Shown here in pieces: positions 1 through 9,940 of a stretch of 64,000 nucleotides of DNA. The position numbers and the translations under genes were made by a program. Source of the stretch: a virus. The stretch covers positions 29,141 through 93,140 of IMG/VR virus record IMGVR_UViG_3300037585_001448. The stretch is one strand, 5' to 3'. The notes under the pieces are model-generated. The model saw only the letters and a list, made by a program, of their open reading frames with translations, had not been told where the DNA came from and did not search any database. Position 1 is the stretch's first letter. Each line of letters begins with the position of its first letter.

Positions 1-3000
1 ACAGTTTGCAAATTGCCATCAGCATCAGGCAGACGCCACGCTTGAAACGGTTCGAACAGTCCGTTCGCCCCGCCCTCCACCACACGATTCCCAGCCCCGT
101 CGCTTCTCCCAAAGATGTACGAGTCCACCATGTCTCCACGATCCGTACTCCCAGTCATTATCGACCCTGCCCTGACTGGGACTTGAAGCCTGTCGGCCTC
201 ATACAAAATCATAGAATCCATGTACGCACCCAAAATGCGCTGTATTCTGGGCTGAAAATCGGAGACTTCAATCATTGTGCCAAGGACTCGCGCCGTATCG
301 GAGCGGTTGAACGATCCAAACACCGTAAAGGTCACATCGAACCCGTCGTTCACATACCACGTTGCAGTAAAACCTATGATTTCTTCAAACGGCAACCTGC
401 CCGCTACAGCATCAACGCTTTCTCCCGTCACATCAGCCACCGCTTGAGCAACATCCCTATGTACCGCTTGGAGTCCCCTCAAACTGCTAATCAGTTTTTC
501 GCCGCGCTCCGCCCCTTCCGGGGTGCCCCCCATCCCGGCCCTGATCACCTCTTCGGTCGACCGCAACTCACCACCCGGCGTTGCGGGTGGATACCACTTC
601 TCATCCACGGGATGCCGCATCTGTTCCTCACTGAAACGATGCAAAGCACGGTTATTCCCACCCTCAAAGCCCATGGAAGCAAACTCTGCGTTGACTTGGT
701 CAAAGAAAGTCTGCGTGGGTACACTCTGGGTGCCAGCAGACAACGCTGTCGCCCGACGCAAAGCCTCAGCGGCAACAACCGTCTGATCATGCAACATCGC
801 AGAATCCGACAAAGACGCAGCAAACGGCAACAAGTCAGTCTCCAAGAAATTCAGGCTCGCTTGGATGTCAGCATCCAAAGCCTGAAGCCCCGCAAGAAAC
901 GTCGGATCATCCACTGCCCCCGTAGTCGCATCCACGGTCCGGACCACCAGCCCCGTAGGCCCAGTTGTAGAGCCAATGTTTCGGATGTCCTTGCTCAACT
1001 TGGCGAACTTCGCTACCCCTTCGCTCAGCAGGCGGGCACGAACCATCACCGAATCCAAATCCTCCAAGATGGGTGCCAACTGGCGGATCGCATCTATCGA
1101 AAACGCCACAGGGTTCGCACCCGGCGGTGCAGCAACCAGATCCTCAAACGGAATACCCGAGTTCAACCATCCAAGTGTCGTATCCGTCCCCGGCACACGC
1201 GGCGTAGTAGCCACCCGCCTGTACCCCAAAATGTCCTGCAAATCATCAACAATCGCAGTCACCTCGTTAACCAAAAGTTGCGACTCAACACGCCCCTCAT
1301 GCAACAAATTGGTCAACTCGTCTACACGGGCCTGCGCTTCAGGAAGATCAGCCCCATGACGGGCCACCCACGCCTCAAGATTCTCAATCGTCTGCGCCCG
1401 CGCACCCGCCCCCACAGCCAGAATCGCATCAACAACAGCCTGAGCAGCAGCCTCATCATCCGTCAACCCCTGCAACGCCTCATTGCCAACCCGAACAGCG
1501 TCCTCCAAATCAGCCAACTCGCGGGCATACCCCCTATAGGTATCAGCGTTATAGATCAAACCCTGCGAAGCCGCATACGACTCAATGGACCGCAACCGAA
1601 TATCCGCAGCCAACGAATTGATATGAGCATTCTCGCGGGCCTCAAACCCCCGAACAAACAACGACTCGCCCTCACCCAAGTGACCAGCCTCACGATACGC
1701 AGCCTCAATCTGCTCCGGAACAGACAACCCCTCCGGCTCAGTCGTAAGTTCACGGGCAGGACGGCGACGCCTAGTCGCCAACTCCTCCGGCGTCAGATCA
1801 CGCCGAATAACAGTAGACCGACCATCCGGCCCCTGACCCACCACACGCTGCTGCACATCGGCACGCTGAGGATTACTACGCCTCAACAAACGACGCACAC
1901 TCCCCGACCCATCCGCTCTAGGGACCACCAACTCAGTGCCATCACCAAACGTGCCATCGGCACGGGTACCCGCAGGCCGCATGTTGCGGCGGCGAAGCCG
2001 CCCCGAAGTAGCCCGACGACGCACCTCATCCATAGTCTGAGCGTCCGGCAACACCTCTTCAAACTCGCGGGAAACCCCCTCCATCCACGGCGGCAAACCA
2101 CCACCATGCGCCCCCCGAACAATCTCCAAACCATCAGGAGTCCAAATCTCCGGCGTGTACCCCCCAAAGTCCACCATCACATCATTCATGTCATTAACAA
2201 GTTGCCCCTCAGACCCATACAAATCGCCCCGAGACAAAAACTCTGAATCAGGAGTACGAATCAACTCGTCATAACGCCGAACAACAAACAAGATCTGCTC
2301 ATCCGACAACCCGGGGAAACGACCCCGCACCGCATCCATCACCTGCGGAGAAACAACACCATCAGCGAAATCGTCCACCAACTCCGGCGACAACTCCGTC
2401 AAACGCCCCAACGTCTCATCATCCACGCGCCCAACATTCTGCTGAACCTCATTCAAGAAAATCTTGCGCCGACGCATAGCGCTATCAGCCCAATACCCGC
2501 TCGTCATCGCACCACGGTTGTAACTGTTGCGTATAAAGTTACCGAGAATAATCTTGTCAGGATCCTTCGTGCGAAGAAGACTGTTAGCGACCTTCTTCCG
2601 ATCACGACCCTTCTGCTTAAACGCAATATCCTCGTCCGTAGCGCCCCGACCCCGAGCCAACGTGTCCAAATACTTTTTTTGCGGATCAACAAAGAAATCA
2701 CGGAACGTCTGACCGAAACGAGAAGAAGCCACCTTCTCCCAACCGATACCCGGCGACGACATGATCGATGCCGTCACACCAGAAGCAATCGGAAACACAC
2801 CAAACGGCAACACATCCACAGGCACATTCGCCGCACGCTGCAACACCTGCCTGAACTCTTCAGGGATCTGATCCAACGTTTCACGCTTCTGGGCCTTAAA
2901 GACCAGATCTGCCATATCGGCATCCGGACCCAACACCTTCGCCATGCGTTCCTGAACGAGCCGTGGAATCTGAGACGCACGCTTGCGTGCAATACCAGCA

Positions 3001-3761
3001 GAACCACGGGTCAGCCTGCCCAACACTGGGCCTGTTCCCGGGACACGGAACCTCAGCCCCGTTTCAATCCCAAGATCATCGATAAGTTTCTTGCCGACCT
3101 CGCCATGCTGTCGTGCCAGAACATTTCTGGCACGAGAAACACTGCCACCCTTGGCACCAGCAGCCACCACAGCATCCTGTGCAGCCCGCAACGTAGCCTG
3201 CTGAGTGGCATCCCTGACACCCAACTCCCCCAGATCCTTCACCAACGGTGCCAGATCGTCCACAAGCCCCTTAGCGCCCCTCGCACGGGCAAAAGCACCC
3301 AACCCCCCAGCCCAAGACAACGGATCCAGCAGAACGTCTCCAGCAAGCCCTACAGCCCTGTTACCCCACTTGCCCAGATTGATATCTTCATCATGGAGAA
3401 AGTCGCCAAACCCATAATGTGTACGCGCCTGCTCCGTGAAGTCGCCCCAACTGAAACCCTCACCGTCGAAAGCGTCCTTGATCTCCTTCACACCCGAAGT
3501 GAGAATCGCACGGGGCATATCGATTACACCCAGTGCTTTGCCTAGGAAACCGCCGAAACCCCCGCCACCCTGTTGGGCGCCCTGTTGGGCGGCACGGCCA
3601 CCCGAGGCGGCGAGTGCCGCCGCCATGCCAGCACGGTCAATCCCCCCCACCCCCCTAGGGGTGGTAGGCAGCGTGGGCAGGCCCGTTGGCATGGCGGGTA
3701 GCCGGGTACCACGGTTCTCTACGGCCTTGAAGATGTCTTCAGGAGACAGCCGGACGACCAT
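1..3761 (-). CDS. Giant putative internal-virion/ejection protein, >1250 aa, runs off the left edge (partial)
   Basis: Not in the ORF track. ATG at 3761 (MVVRLSPEDIFKAVENRG...GFLGKALGVIDMPRAILTSG...DVLLDPLSW). No stop in the stretches I read; the + strand ORFs 6..2246 and 2679..3545 are its in-register antisense shadows. Function inferred from size and position. Confidence 0.65.
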   Translation of the reverse strand, partial: MVVRLSPEDIFKAVENRGTRLPAMPTGLPTLPTTPRGVGGIDRAGMAAALAASGGRAAQQGAQQGGGGFGGFLGKALGVIDMPRAILTSGVKEIKDAFDGEGFSWGDFTEQARTHYGFGDFLHDEDINLGKWGNRAVGLAGDVLLDPLSWAGGLGAFARARGAKGLVDDLAPLVKDLGELGVRDATQQATLRAAQDAVVAAGAKGGSVSRARNVLARQHGEVGKKLIDDLGIETGLRFRVPGTGPVLGRLTRGSAGIARKRASQIPRLVQERMAKVLGPDADMADLVFKAQKRETLDQIPEEFRQVLQRAANVPVDVLPFGVFPIASGVTASIMSSPGIGWEKVASSRFGQTFRDFFVDPQKKYLDTLARGRGATDEDIAFKQKGRDRKKVANSLLRTKDPDKIILGNFIRNSYNRGAMTSGYWADSAMRRRKIFLNEVQQNVGRVDDETLGRLTELSPELVDDFADGVVSPQVMDAVRGRFPGLSDEQILFVVRRYDELIRTPDSEFLSRGDLYGSEGQLVNDMNDVMVDFGGYTPEIWTPDGLEIVRGAHGGGLPPWMEGVSREFEEVLPDAQTMDEVRRRATSGRLRRRNMRPAGTRADGTFGDGTELVVPRADGSGSVRRLLRRSNPQRADVQQRVVGQGPDGRSTVIRRDLTPEELATRRRRPARELTTEPEGLSVPEQIEAAYREAGHLGEGESLFVRGFEARENAHINSLAADIRLRSIESYAASQGLIYNADTYRGYARELADLEDAVRVGNEALQGLTDDEAAAQAVVDAILAVGAGARAQTIENLEAWVARHGADLPEAQARVDELTNLLHEGRVESQLLVNEVTAIVDDLQDILGYRRVATTPRVPGTDTTLGWLNSGIPFEDLVAAPPGANPVAFSIDAIRQLAPILEDLDSVMVRARLLSEGVAKFAKLSKDIRNIGSTTGPTGLVVRTVDATTGAVDDPTFLAGLQALDADIQASLNFLETDLLPFAASLSDSAMLHDQTVVAAEALRRATALSAGTQSVPTQTFFDQVNAEFASMGFEGGNNRALHRFSEEQMRHPVDEKWYPPATPGGELRSTEEVIRAGMGGTPEGAERGEKLISSLRGLQAVHRDVAQAVADVTGESVDAVAGRLPFEEIIGFTATWYVNDGFDVTFTVFGSFNRSDTARVLGTMIEVSDFQPRIQRILGAYMDSMILYEADRLQVPVRAGSIMTGSTDRGDMVDSYIFGRSDGAGNRVVEGGANGLFEPFQAWRLPDADGNLQT

Positions 3762-3766
3762 CGGAT

Positions 3767-6385
3767 TTACTTACCCCATCCGGGTTTCCCGTTGGCTTTC
3801 AGCATCCCGAACGTATTGCCACGGCTATGTTGGAACAGAATGTATTCTTCCACAGTGGGATAGTTGGCAGGCAAGATGTCCATCATGGCTTCCAACTCCA
3901 CATCACCGTATTTGGTTCCTGCGCCCTCGTGCCCTGCAGGAACAGTGAAGGAGTCGCCCGATTGGAAGAAGCGACCAACGGCTTTACCAGTAGCAGCCGC
4001 TGCATCACCAACAGCGCCCGAAACGCCTTCACCCCACTCAAAGTTGCCCGTCGTGCCTTTTTCACGCAGTCGCCTCATCTGCTCATTTTTGACGGACAGC
4101 GACGACCCTGCTTCTAGGCTCTCAGATTCCGACAAGTTCCCAGCCCCCGAATCGTACCCACCAGTGGTGGTCCGGGTTTCCTCCAAGGCATCCACGGCAG
4201 CCTCCGCCAACGGCTCAGCAACCTCCTGCGAGGTGCCATCTTCCATAAACTGTTCGGTGTACAGGAACGTCAACACTGGGCCGTAGCCCAAAGCAGCCAG
4301 AGCGTGTGCGTAACCTGTGTTGTCGGCGTTGATGTTGTTGTTATACATGTAGTCAGCGACTTCCTGCATAATCGCAGCACCGCCCTCTACCGAACCAGCG
4401 TGCAGCGACAACTGTGTCCCCAAGTTGAAATCCTGATCGCCCAACTCGGCAATATCCATCGCCTGATCCCACGCAAACTGATCGTCAGCCAGATCAAACT
4501 TGTCTTCAAGCAACTTGAACTGGTTCTTCTCCAACTGGCGGTCTATCACCCCAGCAGCCTGATCGCCGCGGGCCTCCCACCAATCCAAATCCAGCCCCTT
4601 CTGGGCGAAGTCCAACTTGTCAGCAGCCATACCCTCAGTAGAAGCAATCTGGTCAGCGAACTGTTGAGCCGACACCTGCTCCGCAGCAGTCAACCCCGTC
4701 GCCGTATCAAACCCGTACTGGCGCCCAGTCGACGGGTCGATACCCTGAGCAGCCAACGTCGCCGTCTGTCCAGCATCCAACCCAGTCGCAGTGTTAAAGC
4801 CGTACGGAAGACCAGTAGCCGGATCGATCCCCACATCAAACTGGCGGATCTGCTCAGCCAACCTGTCAGTATCGACCGCCCGATCCAAACCGCCCTCACT
4901 GACAGTCAAAGCACGATCCAACGCAGCCTCACTGATACCAGTCGACAAGCCCGGAATATCCACCCCGGAAGCCAACCCGGCAGCAACAGCACGCGGATCC
5001 AAACCCAAGAACGGTGCCAAATCAGCGGCCTGCAACGCCTGCGAACGGGCATCATAATCGGCACCAATCCTGTCCGTCTCAGCGCCATAACCCAACTCGT
5101 TCGTACGGGACCGCAAATCCTGCTTGTACCCCCCGAAGATACCCTCACCCATAAACTTGCGGTCGGCATCAGCCATCTGAGAAACCAAACCCAGATCATC
5201 TAAATAGGCTCCACGCTCCTCAGCGCCCGCCATCGCAACAGCATCAGTCATATCCAACCTGTCACCAACCAACCCCGGGTTCACCCCGGCAGCCCGCAAC
5301 TGCTCCTCCAAAGCCATACGGTCGTCGTACCGTTGCGCCCGCTGAGCATCACTCACATTGCGGAAATCGCTAGTAACAGCGTTCTGTGTGGAAAGAAAAT
5401 CTTTCCACACGCGCTCAGTCTCAGTATCGTACAGTTCCTGCGCCGTCTTAATATCCAACAGACCACTGTTCAACATGCTTGTGATAGCGGTCTTGGTGTC
5501 GTCCAGTCTGGTTTGGGCGACATCGCGGGCGTTCTCACTTAACGTTTCAATAGTGCCTGCGGGGTCGCCCGGAGGAATGTAACCCGCTGGTGGAACATAG
5601 ACGGGGTCATCCACAACAGTGTCATCCACAACGGTGTCATCTACGACGGTGTCATCTACGACGGTATCGTCACCGCCACCCATGTCGCACGCGCCGTTTA
5701 CCCAAGTTCCCCCACCCTCAACACACAACTGCTGGGGAGTTTTAGCAACACCCTTGACTTTAATCTTGCCGTCCACCCACTCGTACTTGCTCGTGGCCGC
5801 AGGCTCTCCCAAACCTCCTTGACCATCCCGCAACATCGTTGCGGCGTCCTCGCTTAAAAACCCTGCAACGCTGCCATCCCCCATGGGATCCAGACCAAAC
5901 TGGACACGAGCCTCGTCGCTACCCAACCCCTCCAACATCTTCAAATACTCGTTCGCATGCTGCTGCGGAGTCTTCTCCACAACAGGCAAATCATCTACTC
6001 CCGATGCTGCGTTGTTGGCGTCGTCAATAGCCTGCATCGCCGTAGCGTTTATATCACCCCACTGGTACTGTGACCCCGTCGGGGCAGCCGTAGTTGCATT
6101 CGCTGCGCCACCCGGCGACTGATCAGGGAGAATCTTAAACGCCGCAGTACCATCCGGCTTCAATGTAACTGTGCCGTTGCCATGGGGCTTCAGCATCGCC
6201 TCCACGATCTGGCGTTGTGCATCAAACCCCGGAGTCACCGTGGGAAGCGGCTTCGCTTCGGAGCCTTGCGCCACAGACGCAAAGAACCGCGCCAACTCAG
6301 GCGAAATAACATCCTTCGTTTTCGTGGGAGTCCCCTGAGAATAACGGTTATTACCTTGACCCGGATCGAAACCAAACCCACCCAT
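3767..6385 (-). CDS. Putative ejection/internal virion protein (872 aa)
   Basis: Long acidic, helical, low-complexity ORF between a 143-aa and a giant ORF, the small-medium-large layout of podovirus ejection genes. Confidence 0.55.
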   Translation of the reverse strand: MGGFGFDPGQGNNRYSQGTPTKTKDVISPELARFFASVAQGSEAKPLPTVTPGFDAQRQIVEAMLKPHGNGTVTLKPDGTAAFKILPDQSPGGAANATTAAPTGSQYQWGDINATAMQAIDDANNAASGVDDLPVVEKTPQQHANEYLKMLEGLGSDEARVQFGLDPMGDGSVAGFLSEDAATMLRDGQGGLGEPAATSKYEWVDGKIKVKGVAKTPQQLCVEGGGTWVNGACDMGGGDDTVVDDTVVDDTVVDDTVVDDPVYVPPAGYIPPGDPAGTIETLSENARDVAQTRLDDTKTAITSMLNSGLLDIKTAQELYDTETERVWKDFLSTQNAVTSDFRNVSDAQRAQRYDDRMALEEQLRAAGVNPGLVGDRLDMTDAVAMAGAEERGAYLDDLGLVSQMADADRKFMGEGIFGGYKQDLRSRTNELGYGAETDRIGADYDARSQALQAADLAPFLGLDPRAVAAGLASGVDIPGLSTGISEAALDRALTVSEGGLDRAVDTDRLAEQIRQFDVGIDPATGLPYGFNTATGLDAGQTATLAAQGIDPSTGRQYGFDTATGLTAAEQVSAQQFADQIASTEGMAADKLDFAQKGLDLDWWEARGDQAAGVIDRQLEKNQFKLLEDKFDLADDQFAWDQAMDIAELGDQDFNLGTQLSLHAGSVEGGAAIMQEVADYMYNNNINADNTGYAHALAALGYGPVLTFLYTEQFMEDGTSQEVAEPLAEAAVDALEETRTTTGGYDSGAGNLSESESLEAGSSLSVKNEQMRRLREKGTTGNFEWGEGVSGAVGDAAAATGKAVGRFFQSGDSFTVPAGHEGAGTKYGDVELEAMMDILPANYPTVEEYILFQHSRGNTFGMLKANGKPGWGK
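5606..5671 (-). repeat. 15-bp tandem repeat encoding (DDTVV)x4
   Basis: gtcatccacaacagt/gtcatccacaacggt/gtcatctacgacggt/gtcatctacgacggt. Confidence 0.85.
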
Positions 6386-6816
6386 TACGCCATAGCCTCC
6401 CGAATCTCAGCCGCCCTCGCAGCACGAGACTCAGCCACCCCCAAAACATCCTCAAACCGCGACCCCTGATAACCCCCATAATCACCCAAACGCTGTACCG
6501 CCAAATTGAACATAGCCTGCTCCAAAGCGCCCCCACGCTCCGCACGACGGCGATCATAATCCGCCCCCGCCTCCGCCAAAGCCAAATTGCGGATACCAGA
6601 ATCCTGCAAACCACGACGAGCCATACCCGCCTCCAACTGGGGTACAGCCTTACTCCACTGCTTCGACATATCAAACTTGTCGCGGTTATACGACGTACGC
6701 GCCTGCTTCTGCCCCATAGAAGACTTAGCCAAAGCAGCAGCCAGACGCGACGAAGGAGAAGTCCCGTACGGATCCGCTATATTGTACTTTGGTGTCTGAT
6801 ACGGGTTGAACGCCAT
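6385..6816 (-). CDS. Small putative ejection/pilot protein (143 aa)
   Basis: Translationally coupled on both sides; helical, ARRGLQDSG motif. Confidence 0.5.
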   Translation of the reverse strand: MAFNPYQTPKYNIADPYGTSPSSRLAAALAKSSMGQKQARTSYNRDKFDMSKQWSKAVPQLEAGMARRGLQDSGIRNLALAEAGADYDRRRAERGGALEQAMFNLAVQRLGDYGGYQGSRFEDVLGVAESRAARAAEIREAMA

Positions 6817-7199
6817 CAGCCGTAAACCTGACCTGCCAACAGCAACGTAGCCGTTTCCACATTCACATTCACAGTCACAGTACCCGACGCACCACCACCA
6901 CTGATGGCTGTGCCAGCCGTCACACCCGTAATGTCACCAGTAGTAGGGGCCGTCCAAGTTAGCCCGCTCGCTGTAGTTGAATCGGCAGTAAGAACATACG
7001 TATTTATTCCCGCCGTCAACTTCGTCGCCGTATCGGCCCCTGTTCCAACGATCAGATCGCCCTTGGCGTCCGTGTCTACAGTAAGGGTCACGGCACCCGT
7101 TGAACCGCCACCCGCTAGACCCGACCCCGCCACGACATCCGTGATGTCGCCCGTCGAAACCTGATCTACGACCCTTTGAGAAATCCGATTCAAACCCAT
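6816..7199 (-). CDS. Short tail-fibre-like protein with GDIT(G/D)V.AG repeats
   Basis: Paralogous to 62850..63200 and 11284..12045. Confidence 0.65.
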   Translation of the reverse strand: MGLNRISQRVVDQVSTGDITDVVAGSGLAGGGSTGAVTLTVDTDAKGDLIVGTGADTATKLTAGINTYVLTADSTTASGLTWTAPTTGDITGVTAGTAISGGGASGTVTVNVNVETATLLLAGQVYG

Positions 7200-7201
7200 T
7201 G

Positions 7202-7495
7202 TTACGCTCCAAAGTACGTTACGAAGATTGTGGAACTAGAACCACCAACACGAATAAACCTGATGACCGACAAATCGTCATTCACCAACTCAGCCGTGCT
7301 GTACGGATTCAAGTAATGACCAACAGACGTAGTGGGCGTACCCCACCTCATCCTGATCGCCTCAGCACCATTCGTAATCATTGCCGCCACAGCACCAGCA
7401 GGGATGGAAGCCAACCCGATAGATGCGTCAGCGACAGTCAAGGACTCGTCGCCCAGTTTGCTCCCCATCTCTGAGGCTGCCTGCCTAATAGCCAT
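7202..7495 (-). CDS. Virion-associated protein, paralogue of 63210..63500
   Basis: Shared ITNGAE.IR.RWGTPT.SVGHYLNPYS...STIFVTYFG. Confidence 0.7.
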   Translation of the reverse strand: MAIRQAASEMGSKLGDESLTVADASIGLASIPAGAVAAMITNGAEAIRMRWGTPTTSVGHYLNPYSTAELVNDDLSVIRFIRVGGSSSTIFVTYFGA

Positions 7496-7503
7496 AACTG
7501 CTC

Positions 7504-7632
7504 CTAACCGCCAAGCGCGGTTACTCGCGCTTCCAAATCGTCCAACTTCTCTTGAATCTTCCGCAACTCGTACTCAATGGGGCGAGCATTAGCGCCCTGC
7601 ATCCGACGAGTAGGTTTGTACACGACCGTCAT
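7504..7632 (-). CDS. Small coiled-coil protein (42 aa, MTVVYKPTRR...ELRKIQEKLDDLEARVTALGG)
   Basis: Below the ORF-track cutoff; TGATG coupling to the upstream gene; fills the gap. Confidence 0.65.
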   Translation of the reverse strand: MTVVYKPTRRMQGANARPIEYELRKIQEKLDDLEARVTALGG

Positions 7633-7982
7633 CATTCCTCCCAGAAAGACTGCTCGTCCTGCATCAACAACACGCCCACAGAGGAAGCCACTCCAGCGAT
7701 CAGTTCCTCCATTGCGTCCACACGGCTACACAGGTCTTCCATCGCTGCCAACCGTGTTTCTAAATCCCGAATGTCTTCCGAAACATCTTCCACTCGCGCA
7801 TAAGCGTGCATATCCATCGAATCTTCAATGGATTCAACCGACTCTTCGAGGCGGTCGATGCGTGACACTGTGCGTGCAGACGACCATGTGATTGTTCCTG
7901 CGATGACCGCTACGGACAGGATGAGCCCGACCGCGATGGTCGGTATCTTTACCTGTCGGATGTCGGTCGGCTCGTTCATCAC
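7632..7982 (-). CDS. Membrane-anchored coiled-coil protein
   Basis: N-terminal hydrophobic helix IAVGLILSVAVIAGTITW followed by heptads. Confidence 0.6.
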   Translation of the reverse strand: MMNEPTDIRQVKIPTIAVGLILSVAVIAGTITWSSARTVSRIDRLEESVESIEDSMDMHAYARVEDVSEDIRDLETRLAAMEDLCSRVDAMEELIAGVASSVGVLLMQDEQSFWEE

Positions 7983-8305
7983 TCAGCAGCGAGCCTTGCC
8001 GCCTCAGCAGCATCCCAAGCAGCCTGTGTTGGTGGGTCCATCGGCCACACAACCTCAGACACACGCGAATACGTCGCAGGTAGATCCCGCAACGACTGGC
8101 GGTACGCAGCCCACTCCTCAGCGGTGTGGTCACCTAACGCGGCGTCAGCCAACTGTGTCCAGTCTGCTGCTGCCAGCATCCCGTTGCGTTGCGATCTGAC
8201 CATGTTCATGTCCAGATCGGCAGCCTCAGCCCGCGCATCCAGTTCCGCTTCTTCTTCCGCGGTCAGGTCGTAGTAGACCCCGTTGACAACCTTCTGTCTT
8301 GCCAT
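7979..8305 (-). CDS. Tail fibre assembly chaperone (Phage_tail_APC-like)
   Basis: RSQRNGMLAAADWTQLAD...WAAYRQSLRDLP motif; paralogue at 63502..63906. Confidence 0.75.
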   Translation of the reverse strand: MARQKVVNGVYYDLTAEEEAELDARAEAADLDMNMVRSQRNGMLAAADWTQLADAALGDHTAEEWAAYRQSLRDLPATYSRVSEVVWPMDPPTQAAWDAAEAARLAAE

Positions 8306-8399
8306 TTCTATGCTCCTGTTACTCCGTAGAGGGTGAACGATGAATACTGCATCAGGTCGCCGTTTTGCGGGTCGATAGTGATTGAGGTGATCGCAGCGG
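8274..8399. repeat. Direct repeat, copy 1 (copy 2 at 63875..64000)
   Basis: 26 bp identical, 1 mismatch (8300/63901), then 99 bp identical up to the window end; offset 55,601. Confidence 0.95.
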
Positions 8400-8838
8400 T
8401 GCTAGACCACAACCCCGCCCCTATGCCCATTGTCCAATAACCGTTTGTGGTGGTAGCCCCTTCGGTGACGAACCCTGCTACTACCTGCTTGAAGTTCGCC
8501 GTGTTCGCATAGTTCGGAATCCAAATGCTTGCGTTACCGAAGGTGTCAGCAGTTGACCCATCGGCGTTTATGAGAAGAACGCGATCCAAACCATCAGCAC
8601 CCGACGTTCGCCACGACCCTGCGGAAGCCTGCCCATAGACTCCCGTTGACGAATAGTTGGTACCCGTATCGCCGTTGAACTGGACATCCACATAGTCGTA
8701 CCAGTTGCTTGTACCCAGCGAGGAGCGGGCCGAGATGGTCAAATACAGGTGGTCGTAGGACGACGGGATGGTTGCCGAAGTCCATGACGCTGCAGCGCCT
8801 GTGAGTTCTTCGTGGTCGATAACAGTGAAAGCAGCCAT
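8308..8838 (-). CDS. Tail/fibre-associated beta-rich protein (paralogue 3 of 3)
   Basis: FNGDTG.NYS / YANT / W.STAAITSI / FTLYG motifs shared with the two upstream genes. Confidence 0.7.
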   Translation of the reverse strand: MAAFTVIDHEELTGAAASWTSATIPSSYDHLYLTISARSSLGTSNWYDYVDVQFNGDTGTNYSSTGVYGQASAGSWRTSGADGLDRVLLINADGSTADTFGNASIWIPNYANTANFKQVVAGFVTEGATTTNGYWTMGIGAGLWSSTAAITSITIDPQNGDLMQYSSFTLYGVTGA

Positions 8839-9353
8839 CAGGAACTATTCAATCCGTAGAGGGTGAACTCAGAACCACGCAGAAAGTTGCTGCCACCAGA
8901 CTGGTCTATCAGGATCGTGTGTACCGCTGCGGTGTCATCCCACAGGCCCGAATCCACCGAAACGAGGTTGGCCTCGTCCCCAATCCCTGAGAGTATTAAA
9001 CAGGTCGTGTTCTTGTTCGTGTTCGCATAGTCCAAGATGTCCCACACCACCCCCCCGAAGAGGGTGGCAAGGACGGCGTTCGCCCATCTCCCCGCATACA
9101 TTTCAGAGTTCCCCGTAACGGCTTGGCCCAATGTGGTTGTGTCGTATCCCATCATTCGGTGAGCGGAGTAGTTGGACCCCGTATCACCGTTGAATCGAAT
9201 CGCACCGTAAGACGGCTGGGAAGCATGGGTGTAGTCAGTTTTGGCGTTGATGCGGAGTTGCAGATGCTCGTACGTCGCAGGAATAGACGAGAACGTCACC
9301 GACGTAGCATTAGCCTCCAAATACGTTGTGGCGATTGCTTCGATCACAGCCAT
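8838..9353 (-). CDS. Tail/fibre-associated beta-rich protein (paralogue 2 of 3)
   Basis: FNGDTGSNYS, DYANTNK, FTLYG motifs. Confidence 0.7.
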   Translation of the reverse strand: MAVIEAIATTYLEANATSVTFSSIPATYEHLQLRINAKTDYTHASQPSYGAIRFNGDTGSNYSAHRMMGYDTTTLGQAVTGNSEMYAGRWANAVLATLFGGVVWDILDYANTNKNTTCLILSGIGDEANLVSVDSGLWDDTAAVHTILIDQSGGSNFLRGSEFTLYGLNSS

Positions 9354-9940
9354 CAGGCCACCATCCTTGGGAGGATGCCGAACAGGTCGATGCGGGTGCC
9401 GATAGCGAAAGTTTCACCTGACCCGATCATGTCGATTTCGGAGATCGGTGCTTGTGACTTCCAAGTAGTCGCACTCAACCATGCTTGCCCGTTGCCGTCC
9501 ATGTCGTTTGCGCTCTGGCTCACACTTGACTTGTATTTGCCGCTGTTGATGTCGAACAGATGAGACACGGTGGCTGAGAAAACATTGGCGGTGTCACCGT
9601 TTCTGGGGGCGTAACCCAGATAAGCGGAGGTCGTAGTGCTTGCGTTCGGGAACAACGAAGGGGATGCCCCGTCGCAGTAGAAGATTTGATATGCGTAGTT
9701 GCTGGCGGTGTCGTTGTTGTATTGAGCGGCCAGATAGTCCCCGTAAGTGGCCCCAGTGGAGTACCGCACATACGAGATAATGACCAGATCCATGTATTGC
9801 GACCAGTCTCCGACCTGACCGTCATCGGTGGATGTGAACGTGATCTCCGAAGCAGTACCCGTCAGCGTCGTGGACGCCAAAGCGACCCATGCCTCACCGT
9901 CCGTGAGAACACCATCAACGATGTATGCGGGATCAGCCAT
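9353..9940 (-). CDS. Tail/fibre-associated beta-rich protein (paralogue 1 of 3)
   Basis: YNNDTASNY, W...APISEI, IDLFG motifs. Confidence 0.7.
   Translation of the reverse strand: MADPAYIVDGVLTDGEAWVALASTTLTGTASEITFTSTDDGQVGDWSQYMDLVIISYVRYSTGATYGDYLAAQYNNDTASNYAYQIFYCDGASPSLFPNASTTTSAYLGYAPRNGDTANVFSATVSHLFDINSGKYKSSVSQSANDMDGNGQAWLSATTWKSQAPISEIDMIGSGETFAIGTRIDLFGILPRMVA

Noticed and set aside
6-2246. 746-aa + strand ORF (also 2679..3545)
   Set aside because: In-register antisense shadow of the giant minus-strand gene; Arg/His/Pro-rich composition with no motifs.
8274-8399. Possible DGR template/variable repeat pair in tail genes
   Set aside because: The copies are essentially identical rather than adenine-mutated, and no reverse transcriptase is visible.
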